The notes below the pieces were generated by a model. It was not told the origin of the DNA. It saw only the letters and a program-made list of their open reading frames with translations, and made no database searches. Below, piece by piece: positions 28,325 to 38,084 of a DNA stretch of 64,000 nucleotides. Position 1 is the first letter of the stretch; each line of letters opens with the position of its first letter. A program made the position numbers and the translations under genes. Source of the DNA: Chthoniobacterales bacterium. GTDB lineage: Bacteria; Verrucomicrobiota; Verrucomicrobiia; Chthoniobacterales; Chthoniobacteraceae. Location of the stretch: NCBI GenBank assembly GCA_038207335.1, contig JBBQZX010000009.1, positions 32,001 to 96,000 on the forward strand. Direction: 5' to 3'.

Positions 28325-28383
28325 GTCGCCCACCTTTGACCTTCCCACTGCGCCTCGTCGGCGCCTAGCCTCGCCGCCCCTTT

Positions 28384-29463
28384 ATGAGCCAAAAAATGAA
28401 TGCTGCTGTCGTCGGTTGCGGGATCGGAAAAAGCCACATGCTCGCTTTTCAGAAAGTCTCCGACCTCTTCAATCTGCGCGCGATCTGTGACCTCGATGCC
28501 AAGAAAACGCAGGAGCTTGCGGACGAGCTGAAAGTCCCGATCACCTACAATTCGCTCGAGGCGCTCTGCGCCGATCCCGAGGTGGATGTCATCGATCTCG
28601 CAACTCCGCCGCATCTCCATTTCGACCAAATTCGCCAAGTCCTCGCGGCAGGGAAGCATGTCATCTGCGAGAAGCCGCTCGTCCCTTCGCTCCAGCATGT
28701 CGATCGGCTCATCGAGATCGAAAAATCGAGCGGCAAGCGCGTCCTCCCGATCTTCCAATATCGGTACGGGCACGGTCTGCAGAAGCTGAAGCTGCTCGTC
28801 GATCGCGGACTGGCGGGCAAGCCGCACACGGTGAATATCGAGACCTCGTGGCGCCGCCGCGACGATTACTACGCGATCGCGTGGCGCGGGAAGTGGAAGA
28901 CGGAACTCGGTGGCTGCTGCCTCACGCACTCCATCCACGCGCACGATATTTTGACTTACATCAACGGCCCGGTGAAGCGCGTCTTCGCCCGCTGCGCGAC
29001 GCGTGTGAATCCGGTTGAGGTGGAGGATTGCGCGGCGATCACTTTTGAAATGGCGGACGGCTCGCTCGCCGGATCGACGACGACGCTCGGGCGCGCCGAC
29101 GAGATTTCGCGACACAGTTTCGTCTTCGAGCGCCTGAGCGCGGACAGCAATCTGCGAGCCTACGATAGCTCAGGTGACCCGTGGGTTTTCAAAGGCGACA
29201 CAAAGGCGATCCAAGAGGAGATCGATGCGGCGCTGAAAGATTTCGAGCCCGAACCGGAGCACTATCAGGGGCAGTTCGCGCGTTTTCATGCTGCGCTGGA
29301 AAATGGCACCGACCTGCCCGCGACGCTCGCCGATGCCCGGCAATCACTCGAACTCATCACTGCAATCTACCACTCTGCGGACACGGGCGAGGCGGTCGAA
29401 TTGCCGCTCACCAGCGAGCACCCGAAATACGCAAACTGGACTCCCTCGAAATTTCGCGAGTAG
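28384..29463 (+). CDS. Gfo/Idh/MocA oxidoreductase
   Basis: VVGCGIG, GKHVICEKP, GG.....IH..D. Confidence 0.9.
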   Translation: MSQKMNAAVVGCGIGKSHMLAFQKVSDLFNLRAICDLDAKKTQELADELKVPITYNSLEALCADPEVDVIDLATPPHLHFDQIRQVLAAGKHVICEKPLVPSLQHVDRLIEIEKSSGKRVLPIFQYRYGHGLQKLKLLVDRGLAGKPHTVNIETSWRRRDDYYAIAWRGKWKTELGGCCLTHSIHAHDILTYINGPVKRVFARCATRVNPVEVEDCAAITFEMADGSLAGSTTTLGRADEISRHSFVFERLSADSNLRAYDSSGDPWVFKGDTKAIQEEIDAALKDFEPEPEHYQGQFARFHAALENGTDLPATLADARQSLELITAIYHSADTGEAVELPLTSEHPKYANWTPSKFRE

Positions 29464-29515
29464 TCCTGAGCGGGCGGTCTGTTTCGAGGTTCGCGCGACG
29501 AATGCCGCAGATCGT

Positions 29516-30871
29516 TCACGTATTCTTCAGCACGCCCGTGCTGTCGCCGATGCGGTCGGCTTTGACTCCAATCTCACCGAGCATCGAGAGGTAGAGATTC
29601 GTCATCGGCGTGTCGGTTTTGAATTTCATGTGCTGGCCGGGCTGAAAGTCGCTCGCGCCTTTGCCGCAAAGTAGTACGGGCAGGTTGTTGTGCGCGTGCG
29701 CGTTGCCATCGGCGATGCCGCTTCCAACGACGATCATTGAGTTATCGAGCACGCTTCCGTTGCTTTCGCGCATCCCTTTGAGCTTCCCGATGAAGTCTGC
29801 GAACTGCTCCATGTGGAAGTGGTTGATCTTCGCGATCTTCGCCTTTTTCTCCGCGTTGTTTCCGTGGTGGGAGAGTTCGTGGTGCCCCTCATTCACTCCG
29901 ATGAAAGGGTAGGAGCGGTTGCTGCCTTCGCGCAGCACCATGTAGCTCGCGATGCGTGTGGAATCGGTCTGCATCGCGAAGGCGAGCAGGTCGTACATGA
30001 TCTTCACATGCTGCGTGAAATCACCGGGGATTCCGTCCGGCCGTGGGATCGTGGGACGCGGCATCGCGGCGCGAAATTTCGTCTCCTGCTCGATGGACAC
30101 CTCGGTCTCGCGGAGCGCGGTCATGTATTCATCCATTTTGCGGCGGTCGGTCGCGCCGAGCTGTTTTTGCAGCGCGCGCGCGTCGTCGCAAACCATGTCG
30201 AGGATGCTCTTGCGCGACGCCTCGCGGACAGCGCGCCCGGCGGCAAGGTCGGGGTCTTCCTGTGAGCCAAAGAGCTTGTCGAAGACGAGCCGCGGATCGG
30301 CGGTGGGTGGCATCGGAGTGTTCTCGTTGCGCCAGGAGATGTTGTTTTGGTACGCGCACGCGTACCCGGAATCGCAAGCGCCCGCCTGCCTCCCGGAGCT
30401 GTCGCAGCTCAGCTCGAGAGACGGGATTCGCGTCTTCGTGCCGACTTGCTGCGCTGCGACCTGATCGACTGAGACGCCGATGTGAATGTCGGAGCCCGCA
30501 GTCTTGCGCGGATGCACGCCGGTCAGGAAGCACGCGTTCGCGCGCGCGTGATCGCCCGGGCCGTCGCCGAGGCCTTTTGCGTTGTTGTGCGCGAGTCCGC
30601 TGAGGACTGAGAAATTTGTGCGATGAGGCGCGAGCGGCTGGAGGATGGAGGGCAGCTCGAATGCGCTCCCGGCGGATTTAGGCGTCCAGTTCTCCATGTC
30701 CATCCCGTTCGGCAGATAGACAAAAATGAGCCGCTTCGGGATGCCGCCGACCGGTCCCACAGCGCGGCTGAGAGGTGCCATGCACTCCAGCAGCGGCAGA
30801 GCGATACAGGCGCCGAGCCCCTTGAGAAATGTGCGGCGCGGGAGGCGGAGAGACGCATTTGTGATATGCAT
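29516..30871 (-). CDS. DUF1552 family Tat-exported protein
   Basis: RRTFLKGLGA.IALP.LE, CDSGYACAY..NISW, HHELSHH, GN.H.H.NLP. Confidence 0.88.
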   Translation of the reverse strand: MHITNASLRLPRRTFLKGLGACIALPLLECMAPLSRAVGPVGGIPKRLIFVYLPNGMDMENWTPKSAGSAFELPSILQPLAPHRTNFSVLSGLAHNNAKGLGDGPGDHARANACFLTGVHPRKTAGSDIHIGVSVDQVAAQQVGTKTRIPSLELSCDSSGRQAGACDSGYACAYQNNISWRNENTPMPPTADPRLVFDKLFGSQEDPDLAAGRAVREASRKSILDMVCDDARALQKQLGATDRRKMDEYMTALRETEVSIEQETKFRAAMPRPTIPRPDGIPGDFTQHVKIMYDLLAFAMQTDSTRIASYMVLREGSNRSYPFIGVNEGHHELSHHGNNAEKKAKIAKINHFHMEQFADFIGKLKGMRESNGSVLDNSMIVVGSGIADGNAHAHNNLPVLLCGKGASDFQPGQHMKFKTDTPMTNLYLSMLGEIGVKADRIGDSTGVLKNT

Positions 30872-31040
30872 GGCGTAAGACGAAATCTTAGTCCGAAGTA
30901 TCTGGATCGGCAACGCGGCAAATTATTCGAGCCGCAGTCTCGATCCCGCTCTCGAAAAGGCAGGGATATTTCAGTTTGCGGTTCGACCACCGTGGCGGTC
31001 AGTTGCGCGCCTGGTCGCAGGCATCTCAACCCATTCTTTC

Positions 31041-34000
31041 ATGAAGCACTCCACCATCGAACCGCTCGAAGCCCGCATCGCTCCGGCGATGCTCTTGAAT
31101 TCCACGACCGTGATTTTCCACGATCTCGATGGCGACGACGTGACGGTGAAATTTTCCAAGCCGATCCTCAACAGCCCGGTGACGGCGGCGCTTTTGCTGA
31201 AGTTCGACACGGGCTCGGTGCATGACGACGCGACAGATGACGGGCCGCAGCAGCTCCAGCTCATCGACCTCCAATCGCAGGTGGCAACCACCGTGAACGG
31301 TGTGAGCTTTTCAGTCACGGCGAAGCGCAGCGCAACGCGCGGTGGCGATGGGTTCGCGGATGTGGGATTTGTTAATGCTATGGGGCTCGATCTCGGCGTG
31401 GTGCAAATCGCGGGCGATCTCGGGCGCATCATCGCAGGCAACACGACGACCACGAGCGCGCCGGCGGTGAAGTCGTTGACGGTGCAGTCGATGGGAGAAC
31501 TTGGGATTTCCACGCAGCAGGCGGGCGGGTCGTTGGCGAGCAGCCTAGATGGCGGACTATCGACGCTCGTGGTCAAAGGGAGCTTGCGCGATGTGTCGAT
31601 CGCGGTGACCGGCGCGGCGGAGGGGACGATCGGCTCGGCAACAATCGGCGGTACGATTTTCGGCGGAGTCATCACGACGACTGGAGACTTTGGCAGCGTG
31701 AAGATCGGCGGTTCGTTGCTCGGTGGCGCGATGGATCACTCGGGGCGCATCGTGTCGGGTGGGGCGCTCGGGAGTGTGACGATCGGCGGCGCTGTGGAGG
31801 GGACGGGCGCGGACACCGGGATCGTGTCGGCGGCGACGACGATGAATTCGGTGAAGATTGGCGGCGACCTGCGCGGTGGTGCTGGGGCGAGCTCTGGGCG
31901 CGTGAGCACGAACACGGGTGACATTTCAAACATCACGATCGGTGGCTCGATCGCAGGGGGCGCGGGCCAGTCCAGCGGTGCGATCGAGGCGGGGCACGGT
32001 CTCGGGAAAGTGAGCGTGGGGCAGGACGTGCGTGGGGGCGCGGGGAGCGATAGCGGTACGATTTATTCGGATGGAGACATCAGCTCGGTGGCGATCAAGG
32101 GATCGCTCGTCGGCGCGGCAGGAGTCGGGAGCGCCTCGATTGTGGCGGACAATGCCATCGGGTCGGTCAAGATCGGCGGCAGCGTGCGCGGCGGCGTGGG
32201 GAGCGAATCGGGCGTCATTTCGAGTGACGACCACATCGACTCGTTGGCGATCGGCGGGTCGCTCGCGGGCTACATCGGGGCGTTGGGAATGGGCGGGGCG
32301 AATGGCGAAGGCGGCGCGACGATTTTGAGTGGGATGATCAAAAGCGTGAGCGTCGGCAAATCGGTCTATGGCGGGATCGGCGACGACTCGGGCGTGATCC
32401 GCGGAAGCTTCGACGGACTCGGGAAAGTCGCGATCGGCGGGTCGCTTGTGGGCGGCGAGGGGTCGGGCACGGCGTCGATTTTGGGAGATCAGATCGATAG
32501 CGTCTCGATCGGCGGCGACGTCCGCGGCGGTGCGGGGAGCGACAGCGGGACGCTCAGCGCGTCGGGCGGCGATCAGATCGGAAAGGTGAGCGTCGGCGGG
32601 TCGGTTTTCAGCGGCACGGGGAATGGGAGCGGCTGGATACTCGGCTACACGGGACTGCCGAGCGTCACGATCAAAGGCAGCCTCGTCGGCACGGCGGCGA
32701 ATCCGGTCGTGATCTCGTCGAACTACGACTACGGCGACGCGAACCACGACATTCCCACGATCGGGAAGATGACGGTCGGCGGGCGCGTGGAGTTCGCGCA
32801 AATCCTCGCCGGGTATTCCGGGACGACGCCGATCAGCGCCGACTCGAAGATCGGCAGCATCACTGTCGGCGGCGACTGGATCGCGAGCAGCATCGCGGCG
32901 GGTGTGCGAGTGGGGACAGATGGAAAATTTGGCACTGCGGATGACGCGCGGAACCCCCTCAATTCGCCGCCGCCGTCCGGCACTAATCACCCCGAGTTTT
33001 TCAAGTCGAGCATCGGCAGCGTGACGATCAAAGGCCAACTGCTCGGCACGCCGACGGACGTGAGTGGAGCGGACGCATTCGGATTTGTCGCCGAGAGCAT
33101 CGGTTCGATCAGAATTGGGACGACGAAGGCGTCGCTGACATCTGCAGTCGATGCCGTGCCGCTCGGCGCGACCGGCGATTTCATCGCGCGGGAAGACGTG
33201 GGTGGGCCGCAGATCATGCTGCCGGTGCTCATCGGCGGCGTGGACGTGAGCGGCTCAGGAAAAGCGTTCACTTTCACCGATGTGGATGGCGACCTCGTGA
33301 CAGTGAAGACGAACAAGGCGGTGCTCGACGCCGCGGACTTCATCACGGTCCCGTCGGGCTCCGGTTATCAGCTCCAAGAAATCCGCGTCTCGAATCACGG
33401 CGACGCGGCGCGCGGGCTCTCGATCACCGTCAGTGCGAAGCCGCAGGATTTGAACGATGACGGCGTGCTCGACGGCGACGGGTCGGTGAATATCGGCTAC
33501 ATCAATTCGCTCGGAGTCGATCTCGGTGCGGTGAAGATTGCGGGCGATCTCGGCCGGATTGAAGTCGGCGACATGATGCTGTCAAACGGTTCGCTGAAAT
33601 CGCTGAGCGTGCAGTCGATGGGCGTTTTCGCGCTGAGCACGCAGGCGGCGGGTGGAAATCTGCGGAGCGATTTCAGCGGGAAAGTCGGGGCGATCGGTGT
33701 GCGCGGTGACATTCTCGATGCGGTGCTGGAAGTCTCCGCTACTCAAACATGGCTGGGACCCGGAGACGCGTCTGCGAGCGGAGACATCGGGAAACTCACC
33801 ATCGGCGGGTCCCTGCGCGCCGGCGCCGACAACCTGAACGACGTGGAGGGCGGCGTCTTTGCAAGCGGCAAGATCGGGTCCGTGAAAGTCGGCCGCGACA
33901 TCATCGGCGGCGCGGGTGAGGGCAGCGGGCAAATCTTCGCTGGCGATAAAATCGGTTCGGTGAAAATCGGCGGTTCGATCGTCGGTGGAGCGCTCGACGA

Positions 34001-35420
34001 TAGCGGGTTGATCGAGTCGGAAGTCGGAATCGGCTCTGTGACCGTCGTCGGCGACTTGATCGGCGCCGCGGGCGAGTATAGCGGCGCGATCTCGGGAACG
34101 CTTTCTCTCGGATCAGTGAAAATCGGCGGCTCCATGCTGGGTGGCAGCGGTGAAGAGAGCGGCGGCGTCTCAGCGGAGGACCGCGAAGGCGTCATCAAAT
34201 CCGTGACGGTCGGCGGCGATGTGATCGGCGGCGGCGGCGAACGAAGCTCCTACATCCATGCTGGCAATAAACTCGGCGTGGTGAAAATCGGCGGTTCGCT
34301 GGTGGGTGGCGTTGGCTTGACGAGCGCCGTCATCTACGCCGGCACGGCATTTGCCGAGCCGCATTTTATCAAGAGCGTGAGCATTGGCGGTGACGTCATC
34401 GGTGCCGTGGGCCAAAATTCGGCGAATCTCGGCTCAGCATTCAGCAGCGTCGGCGCAGCTTCTTTCCTCGACATCGGCAACATTGCGGTACGCGGCAGCA
34501 TCGTGGGCGGCGCGGGATTTGGCAGCGGATCGATCACGGCGGGGAATGTGCCGAAAATCGCAATCGGAGGCAGTGTCATCGGAGCGGTTGGGAATAGCGC
34601 GGAGATCCTTGTCACCGGCACTGCCGGCTCGATCACCATCGGCGGCTCGCTCATCGGTGGTGCTGCTCCGGGCAGTGGATATCTCAGCGCGCAGAAGCTC
34701 GGAAAGCTCGCGATTAAGGGCGACCTCCGTGGCGGCGGCAGCGACTTTGCCGGCTACATTTTTGCGAATCTCGACGGTGCAAAATCAATCTCGATCGGCC
34801 GCTCGATTGTCTCCGGCAACGCAGCCAAGACCGGCGCCATCGACGTCAACGGCCCGCTCGGAAGCCTAGGGATCGGCGGCGACGTGATCGGCACGGCGGC
34901 GAATCCCGTGAACATTTCCGCCCGCGGCACGGACTCGCAGACCAAGCCGCTCGCGATCGGAAACCTGACGATCAAAGGAAGCGTGGCGTATCTCAATATC
35001 CTCGGTGGCTTCGCTGGGTTCAGCGCGCAGGCGCTCAATGCGGATGCCAATCTCGGGAAAATTTCCGTCGGCGGAAGCTGGACCGCGGGCAATATCAGTG
35101 CCGGCGTCGATCGCGGCGGTGACGGGAGCTTCGGCACTAACCAAGACAAGCGCGGCGCGTTTGGAAACGACGCGGACAAATACTCGAAGATTGCGAGCAT
35201 TACCATCAAAGGCCGCGCGATGGGCACTATCGACACCGTCAGCGGCACCGATCATTTCGGATTCGTGGCCGACGAAATTGTTTCCGTAAAAATCGGCGCA
35301 GTGAAATTCCCGCTCGTCAAAAATGCCGGAAACGACAATGAAAATCGAATGGACGCCGCGCTGCTCGAAATCGGTCCCACCGGTGACTTCAGCGTCCGCG
35401 AAGTGCCGATTGTAATCTGA
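31041..35420 (+). CDS. Large Gly-rich repetitive surface protein with LEPR-XLL/Planctomycete-extracellular N-terminal motif
   Basis: N-terminal IEPLEARIAPA; two homologous modules of ~29-aa IGSVKIGGS..GG.G..SG.I repeats. Confidence 0.8.
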   Translation: MKHSTIEPLEARIAPAMLLNSTTVIFHDLDGDDVTVKFSKPILNSPVTAALLLKFDTGSVHDDATDDGPQQLQLIDLQSQVATTVNGVSFSVTAKRSATRGGDGFADVGFVNAMGLDLGVVQIAGDLGRIIAGNTTTTSAPAVKSLTVQSMGELGISTQQAGGSLASSLDGGLSTLVVKGSLRDVSIAVTGAAEGTIGSATIGGTIFGGVITTTGDFGSVKIGGSLLGGAMDHSGRIVSGGALGSVTIGGAVEGTGADTGIVSAATTMNSVKIGGDLRGGAGASSGRVSTNTGDISNITIGGSIAGGAGQSSGAIEAGHGLGKVSVGQDVRGGAGSDSGTIYSDGDISSVAIKGSLVGAAGVGSASIVADNAIGSVKIGGSVRGGVGSESGVISSDDHIDSLAIGGSLAGYIGALGMGGANGEGGATILSGMIKSVSVGKSVYGGIGDDSGVIRGSFDGLGKVAIGGSLVGGEGSGTASILGDQIDSVSIGGDVRGGAGSDSGTLSASGGDQIGKVSVGGSVFSGTGNGSGWILGYTGLPSVTIKGSLVGTAANPVVISSNYDYGDANHDIPTIGKMTVGGRVEFAQILAGYSGTTPISADSKIGSITVGGDWIASSIAAGVRVGTDGKFGTADDARNPLNSPPPSGTNHPEFFKSSIGSVTIKGQLLGTPTDVSGADAFGFVAESIGSIRIGTTKASLTSAVDAVPLGATGDFIAREDVGGPQIMLPVLIGGVDVSGSGKAFTFTDVDGDLVTVKTNKAVLDAADFITVPSGSGYQLQEIRVSNHGDAARGLSITVSAKPQDLNDDGVLDGDGSVNIGYINSLGVDLGAVKIAGDLGRIEVGDMMLSNGSLKSLSVQSMGVFALSTQAAGGNLRSDFSGKVGAIGVRGDILDAVLEVSATQTWLGPGDASASGDIGKLTIGGSLRAGADNLNDVEGGVFASGKIGSVKVGRDIIGGAGEGSGQIFAGDKIGSVKIGGSIVGGALDDSGLIESEVGIGSVTVVGDLIGAAGEYSGAISGTLSLGSVKIGGSMLGGSGEESGGVSAEDREGVIKSVTVGGDVIGGGGERSSYIHAGNKLGVVKIGGSLVGGVGLTSAVIYAGTAFAEPHFIKSVSIGGDVIGAVGQNSANLGSAFSSVGAASFLDIGNIAVRGSIVGGAGFGSGSITAGNVPKIAIGGSVIGAVGNSAEILVTGTAGSITIGGSLIGGAAPGSGYLSAQKLGKLAIKGDLRGGGSDFAGYIFANLDGAKSISIGRSIVSGNAAKTGAIDVNGPLGSLGIGGDVIGTAANPVNISARGTDSQTKPLAIGNLTIKGSVAYLNILGGFAGFSAQALNADANLGKISVGGSWTAGNISAGVDRGGDGSFGTNQDKRGAFGNDADKYSKIASITIKGRAMGTIDTVSGTDHFGFVADEIVSVKIGAVKFPLVKNAGNDNENRMDAALLEIGPTGDFSVREVPIVI

Positions 35421-35559
35421 AGCTCGGCGGAAAACGGCGAACGAGTTCGATCCGCAAGGCTGCAGAGGACTGCCATTCCCGCACGAGGATTAGCTCTATT
35501 GCAGAGCGGCGAACTAGCCGCCCCGCATTCTCGCTTTCGGCCATTACCTCTTTCTTTTC

Positions 35560-36354
35560 CTACTGCCCGTGCTGCTTGGCGTTCGGATCGTCGTCGGGAT
35601 TTTTCGTCCAGACGATGTCGGTCTGCGGAAAAGGGATGCGACCGGTTTCAGTGAGCAGGTCTTTCGAGTCCACGGCTTCCGCGTGGCCGTCCATGAAGGT
35701 CATGATACCAGTCGTGCCGTAGCGGGTGACAAAGGACTTCGCGCTGCCTTTGCAACTGCCGTCGTATTTCGGTTGCGTTGGGATTGCCTTTGGCTCGCTA
35801 GGGAGGCCCTGCTCGAGGAACATCACTGTGCGTGAGGGGCGCTGCACCATGCTCATTTTCGGCGGCTCCTTGGTCCCGCTCGCGTCCTTTTGCGAGAGCT
35901 TCGTGTTGATCGCAATCGCGAAGAGTGGCTCTTTCAGCTTCTTGTCGGACTCGGGATATTTGGCTCCAGGAAGCCAGATGAGATTCGCTTTAGTATAAAA
36001 ATCGCGGGGCGACGTTGCGAATTCGCCGACCGTTTTCTGGCCCAGAATCTTCGGAAGAGCATTGTACCACGCTTTGTTTGCGGCTTCGTTTGCTGCGTTT
36101 TGCCAGGTGTCCGGCCCCTTTGCGTCTTCTGCGGGGAAGGTGCCGTCGTTCTGGCTTGTGTATGTGCCAAACGCGGTGGCGAGCTGCCTCATGTTGTTGA
36201 TCGCCACGGCTTTACTCGAGCGCTGCTGGACGACGGAAATGACGGGAAATGCAATCGCCGCGAGCACGAGGATAATCGCGATGACGACGAGGATTTCCAT
36301 CAGGGTGAATGCCGCGCGGTGTGCGCGGGCGGGGATGCCGGGGATGCGGTTCAT
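35560..36354 (-). CDS. Prepilin-type N-methylation domain protein (PVC pseudopilin-like, H-X9-DG-type C-terminus)
   Basis: AFTLMEILVVIAII.VLA; C-terminal FMDGHAE. Confidence 0.85.
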   Translation of the reverse strand: MNRIPGIPARAHRAAFTLMEILVVIAIILVLAAIAFPVISVVQQRSSKAVAINNMRQLATAFGTYTSQNDGTFPAEDAKGPDTWQNAANEAANKAWYNALPKILGQKTVGEFATSPRDFYTKANLIWLPGAKYPESDKKLKEPLFAIAINTKLSQKDASGTKEPPKMSMVQRPSRTVMFLEQGLPSEPKAIPTQPKYDGSCKGSAKSFVTRYGTTGIMTFMDGHAEAVDSKDLLTETGRIPFPQTDIVWTKNPDDDPNAKQHGQ

Positions 36355-36377
36355 GTTTTCGATGTGCAGAGTGGAGA

Positions 36378-37097
36378 TCAGGTGGCGAGGGCGCGGTTTG
36401 GGACGGTAGAGGTGAGCAGGACGCGATTGTTGCCGTTGAGCTGCTGGAGCGCGGCGACGAATTCACCCGGCTTGAGCACGTCTTTGAGGTGAACATTGTA
36501 GCGCAATTCCGTCATCATGCCGGCTTGAATTGATTCGACGGAGATGAGGTCGAAGTCGTGGAGATGCGAGGCGAAGCATTCGCGGAAAACGGTGTCGTGG
36601 TCGATGTCGTTCGTCACGCGGATGCGCAGCCGATGCGAGGCGCGCGCGGGGGAGAAGATGTCGGCTTTTGAAAAGATGTAGATGATCGCGCAGAGGATGA
36701 TCGTGGTGACGGTGGCGAGCGCGTAGGCCCGCGCGCCGACGCCGAGGCCGGCGGCCATCGCGAGGAAGATGAAGCCGATGTCGCGCGCCTGCGTGAGCGA
36801 GGTGCGGAAGCGGATAATGGAAAAGGCGGCGAAGATGCCGAAAGCGGTGGCCTGCGCGTGCTCTTTATCGACATGCACGACCATGACGACGACCGAGACC
36901 ACGGTGCCGAGGATGAGGAGCGAGTGGATGTAATCCTGCGACAGGTCGCTACCTTTGTAGGTGGCCTTATATACCGCTGCGATGAGGAGATTCAGCAGAA
37001 AGCTGAGGCCGATGGCGTAGATGATCTCCTGAAGGGGGGCGATCGGTTTGTCGAAGCCCATGACTTCGTTGATGAATTGGTAAATCGAGTCGTCCAT
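36378..37097 (-). CDS. DUF4956 membrane protein
   Basis: AFGIFAAFSIIRFRT, FIF.AMAAGL..G; adjacent to VTC. Confidence 0.88.
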   Translation of the reverse strand: MDDSIYQFINEVMGFDKPIAPLQEIIYAIGLSFLLNLLIAAVYKATYKGSDLSQDYIHSLLILGTVVSVVVMVVHVDKEHAQATAFGIFAAFSIIRFRTSLTQARDIGFIFLAMAAGLGVGARAYALATVTTIILCAIIYIFSKADIFSPARASHRLRIRVTNDIDHDTVFRECFASHLHDFDLISVESIQAGMMTELRYNVHLKDVLKPGEFVAALQQLNGNNRVLLTSTVPNRALAT

Positions 37098-37118
37098 GCG
37101 TGGTGAAGAGGTGGCGGG

Positions 37119-37964
37119 CTATCCCGCAGCGACTGCGGGCTGTGGGTCGGAGGGGCCGGTGGCGTCGATGAGCGAGGGGTTGAGGGTTTGCGGGGTGATT
37201 CCGTAGTGCGCCTTTGCGCGACGCCCGCCGATTTGCCGGTGGAGGACGGGGTCGCCGTCCTCGAGCGCGTTGTTGTATTTGCTGTGGCTCTGCAGGATGC
37301 AGTGGTGCTCGCCGAGCATTTTCGTGAGCCAAAAAGGCACCGCGCCGGTGACTTTCACCTCCATGACGGAGTAGCCCTCGGGCAGCATGAAATTCTCGAA
37401 TCGCCGGTCGTCCGGGGTTGGCGTCAGATTTTCCATCCGATACGCGATGCCGGTGTCGAAGGTGATGCGCAGGTCCGAATCGGGATCGACATCGGCGAAT
37501 GCCTGCCGGTCGTATCTCATGCAGCAGCACGGTGCGAAGTGGCGCTCGCGGACGAGCTTGTGAACCTCCTCGACGAGCCGCTGGTCCATGATGCGCATCG
37601 GGATGCTGACGTTCTCGCCGTCGGCGATGCGCAGCGCGTCTTCGAGCGGCACGCGGAGGCGGCGCTTCACTCCGCGGCCGTCGCGCTTGTGCTTGATCTC
37701 CACGAAGCACGTCGGCGGTAGCGCGCCGTCGAGGCTGCCATAGACGCGGACGCGCATCTTCCGGCGGTTGCCGAAGCCGCGAACTTTTTCCCAGTAGCAG
37801 TCGCGGTCGGCGTTGTCGTAGTAGAGGCTGACGATCGGGTAAAATGCGCCGTCGCCGGCATTCTCATCGGCGCGCAGATGCGGCAGCAGGTGAGGCATGA
37901 GGCCGTCGCGCTGCTCGCGTGTGATCACGAATTTGATTTCGAATCGGTCGAGGCGATAGCTCAC
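37119..37964 (-). CDS. VTC-domain (polyphosphate polymerase-like, CYTH) protein
   Basis: RFEIKF, SLYYD, RRKMRVR.Y, EIKHK, LRITFD, MEVKV, SKY. Confidence 0.88.
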   Translation of the reverse strand: MSYRLDRFEIKFVITREQRDGLMPHLLPHLRADENAGDGAFYPIVSLYYDNADRDCYWEKVRGFGNRRKMRVRVYGSLDGALPPTCFVEIKHKRDGRGVKRRLRVPLEDALRIADGENVSIPMRIMDQRLVEEVHKLVRERHFAPCCCMRYDRQAFADVDPDSDLRITFDTGIAYRMENLTPTPDDRRFENFMLPEGYSVMEVKVTGAVPFWLTKMLGEHHCILQSHSKYNNALEDGDPVLHRQIGGRRAKAHYGITPQTLNPSLIDATGPSDPQPAVAAG

Positions 37965-38084
37965 AGAGGGGGTTGCTTTGGCGAAAGGGAGGCGGCGGGT
38001 GGGGCGTTGTTAAATAGGGAGCGTGCGGCGGCTTGAAAAGCGGATTGTGAAATCGCGGTGAATTTTTTCGCGCCGCGGGAAGGG

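Noticed and set aside
26741..28348. 535-aa antisense ORF (likewise 61347..62825, 49562..50839, 24659..25657)
   Set aside because: Antisense shadows of well-supported genes, expected at high GC3.
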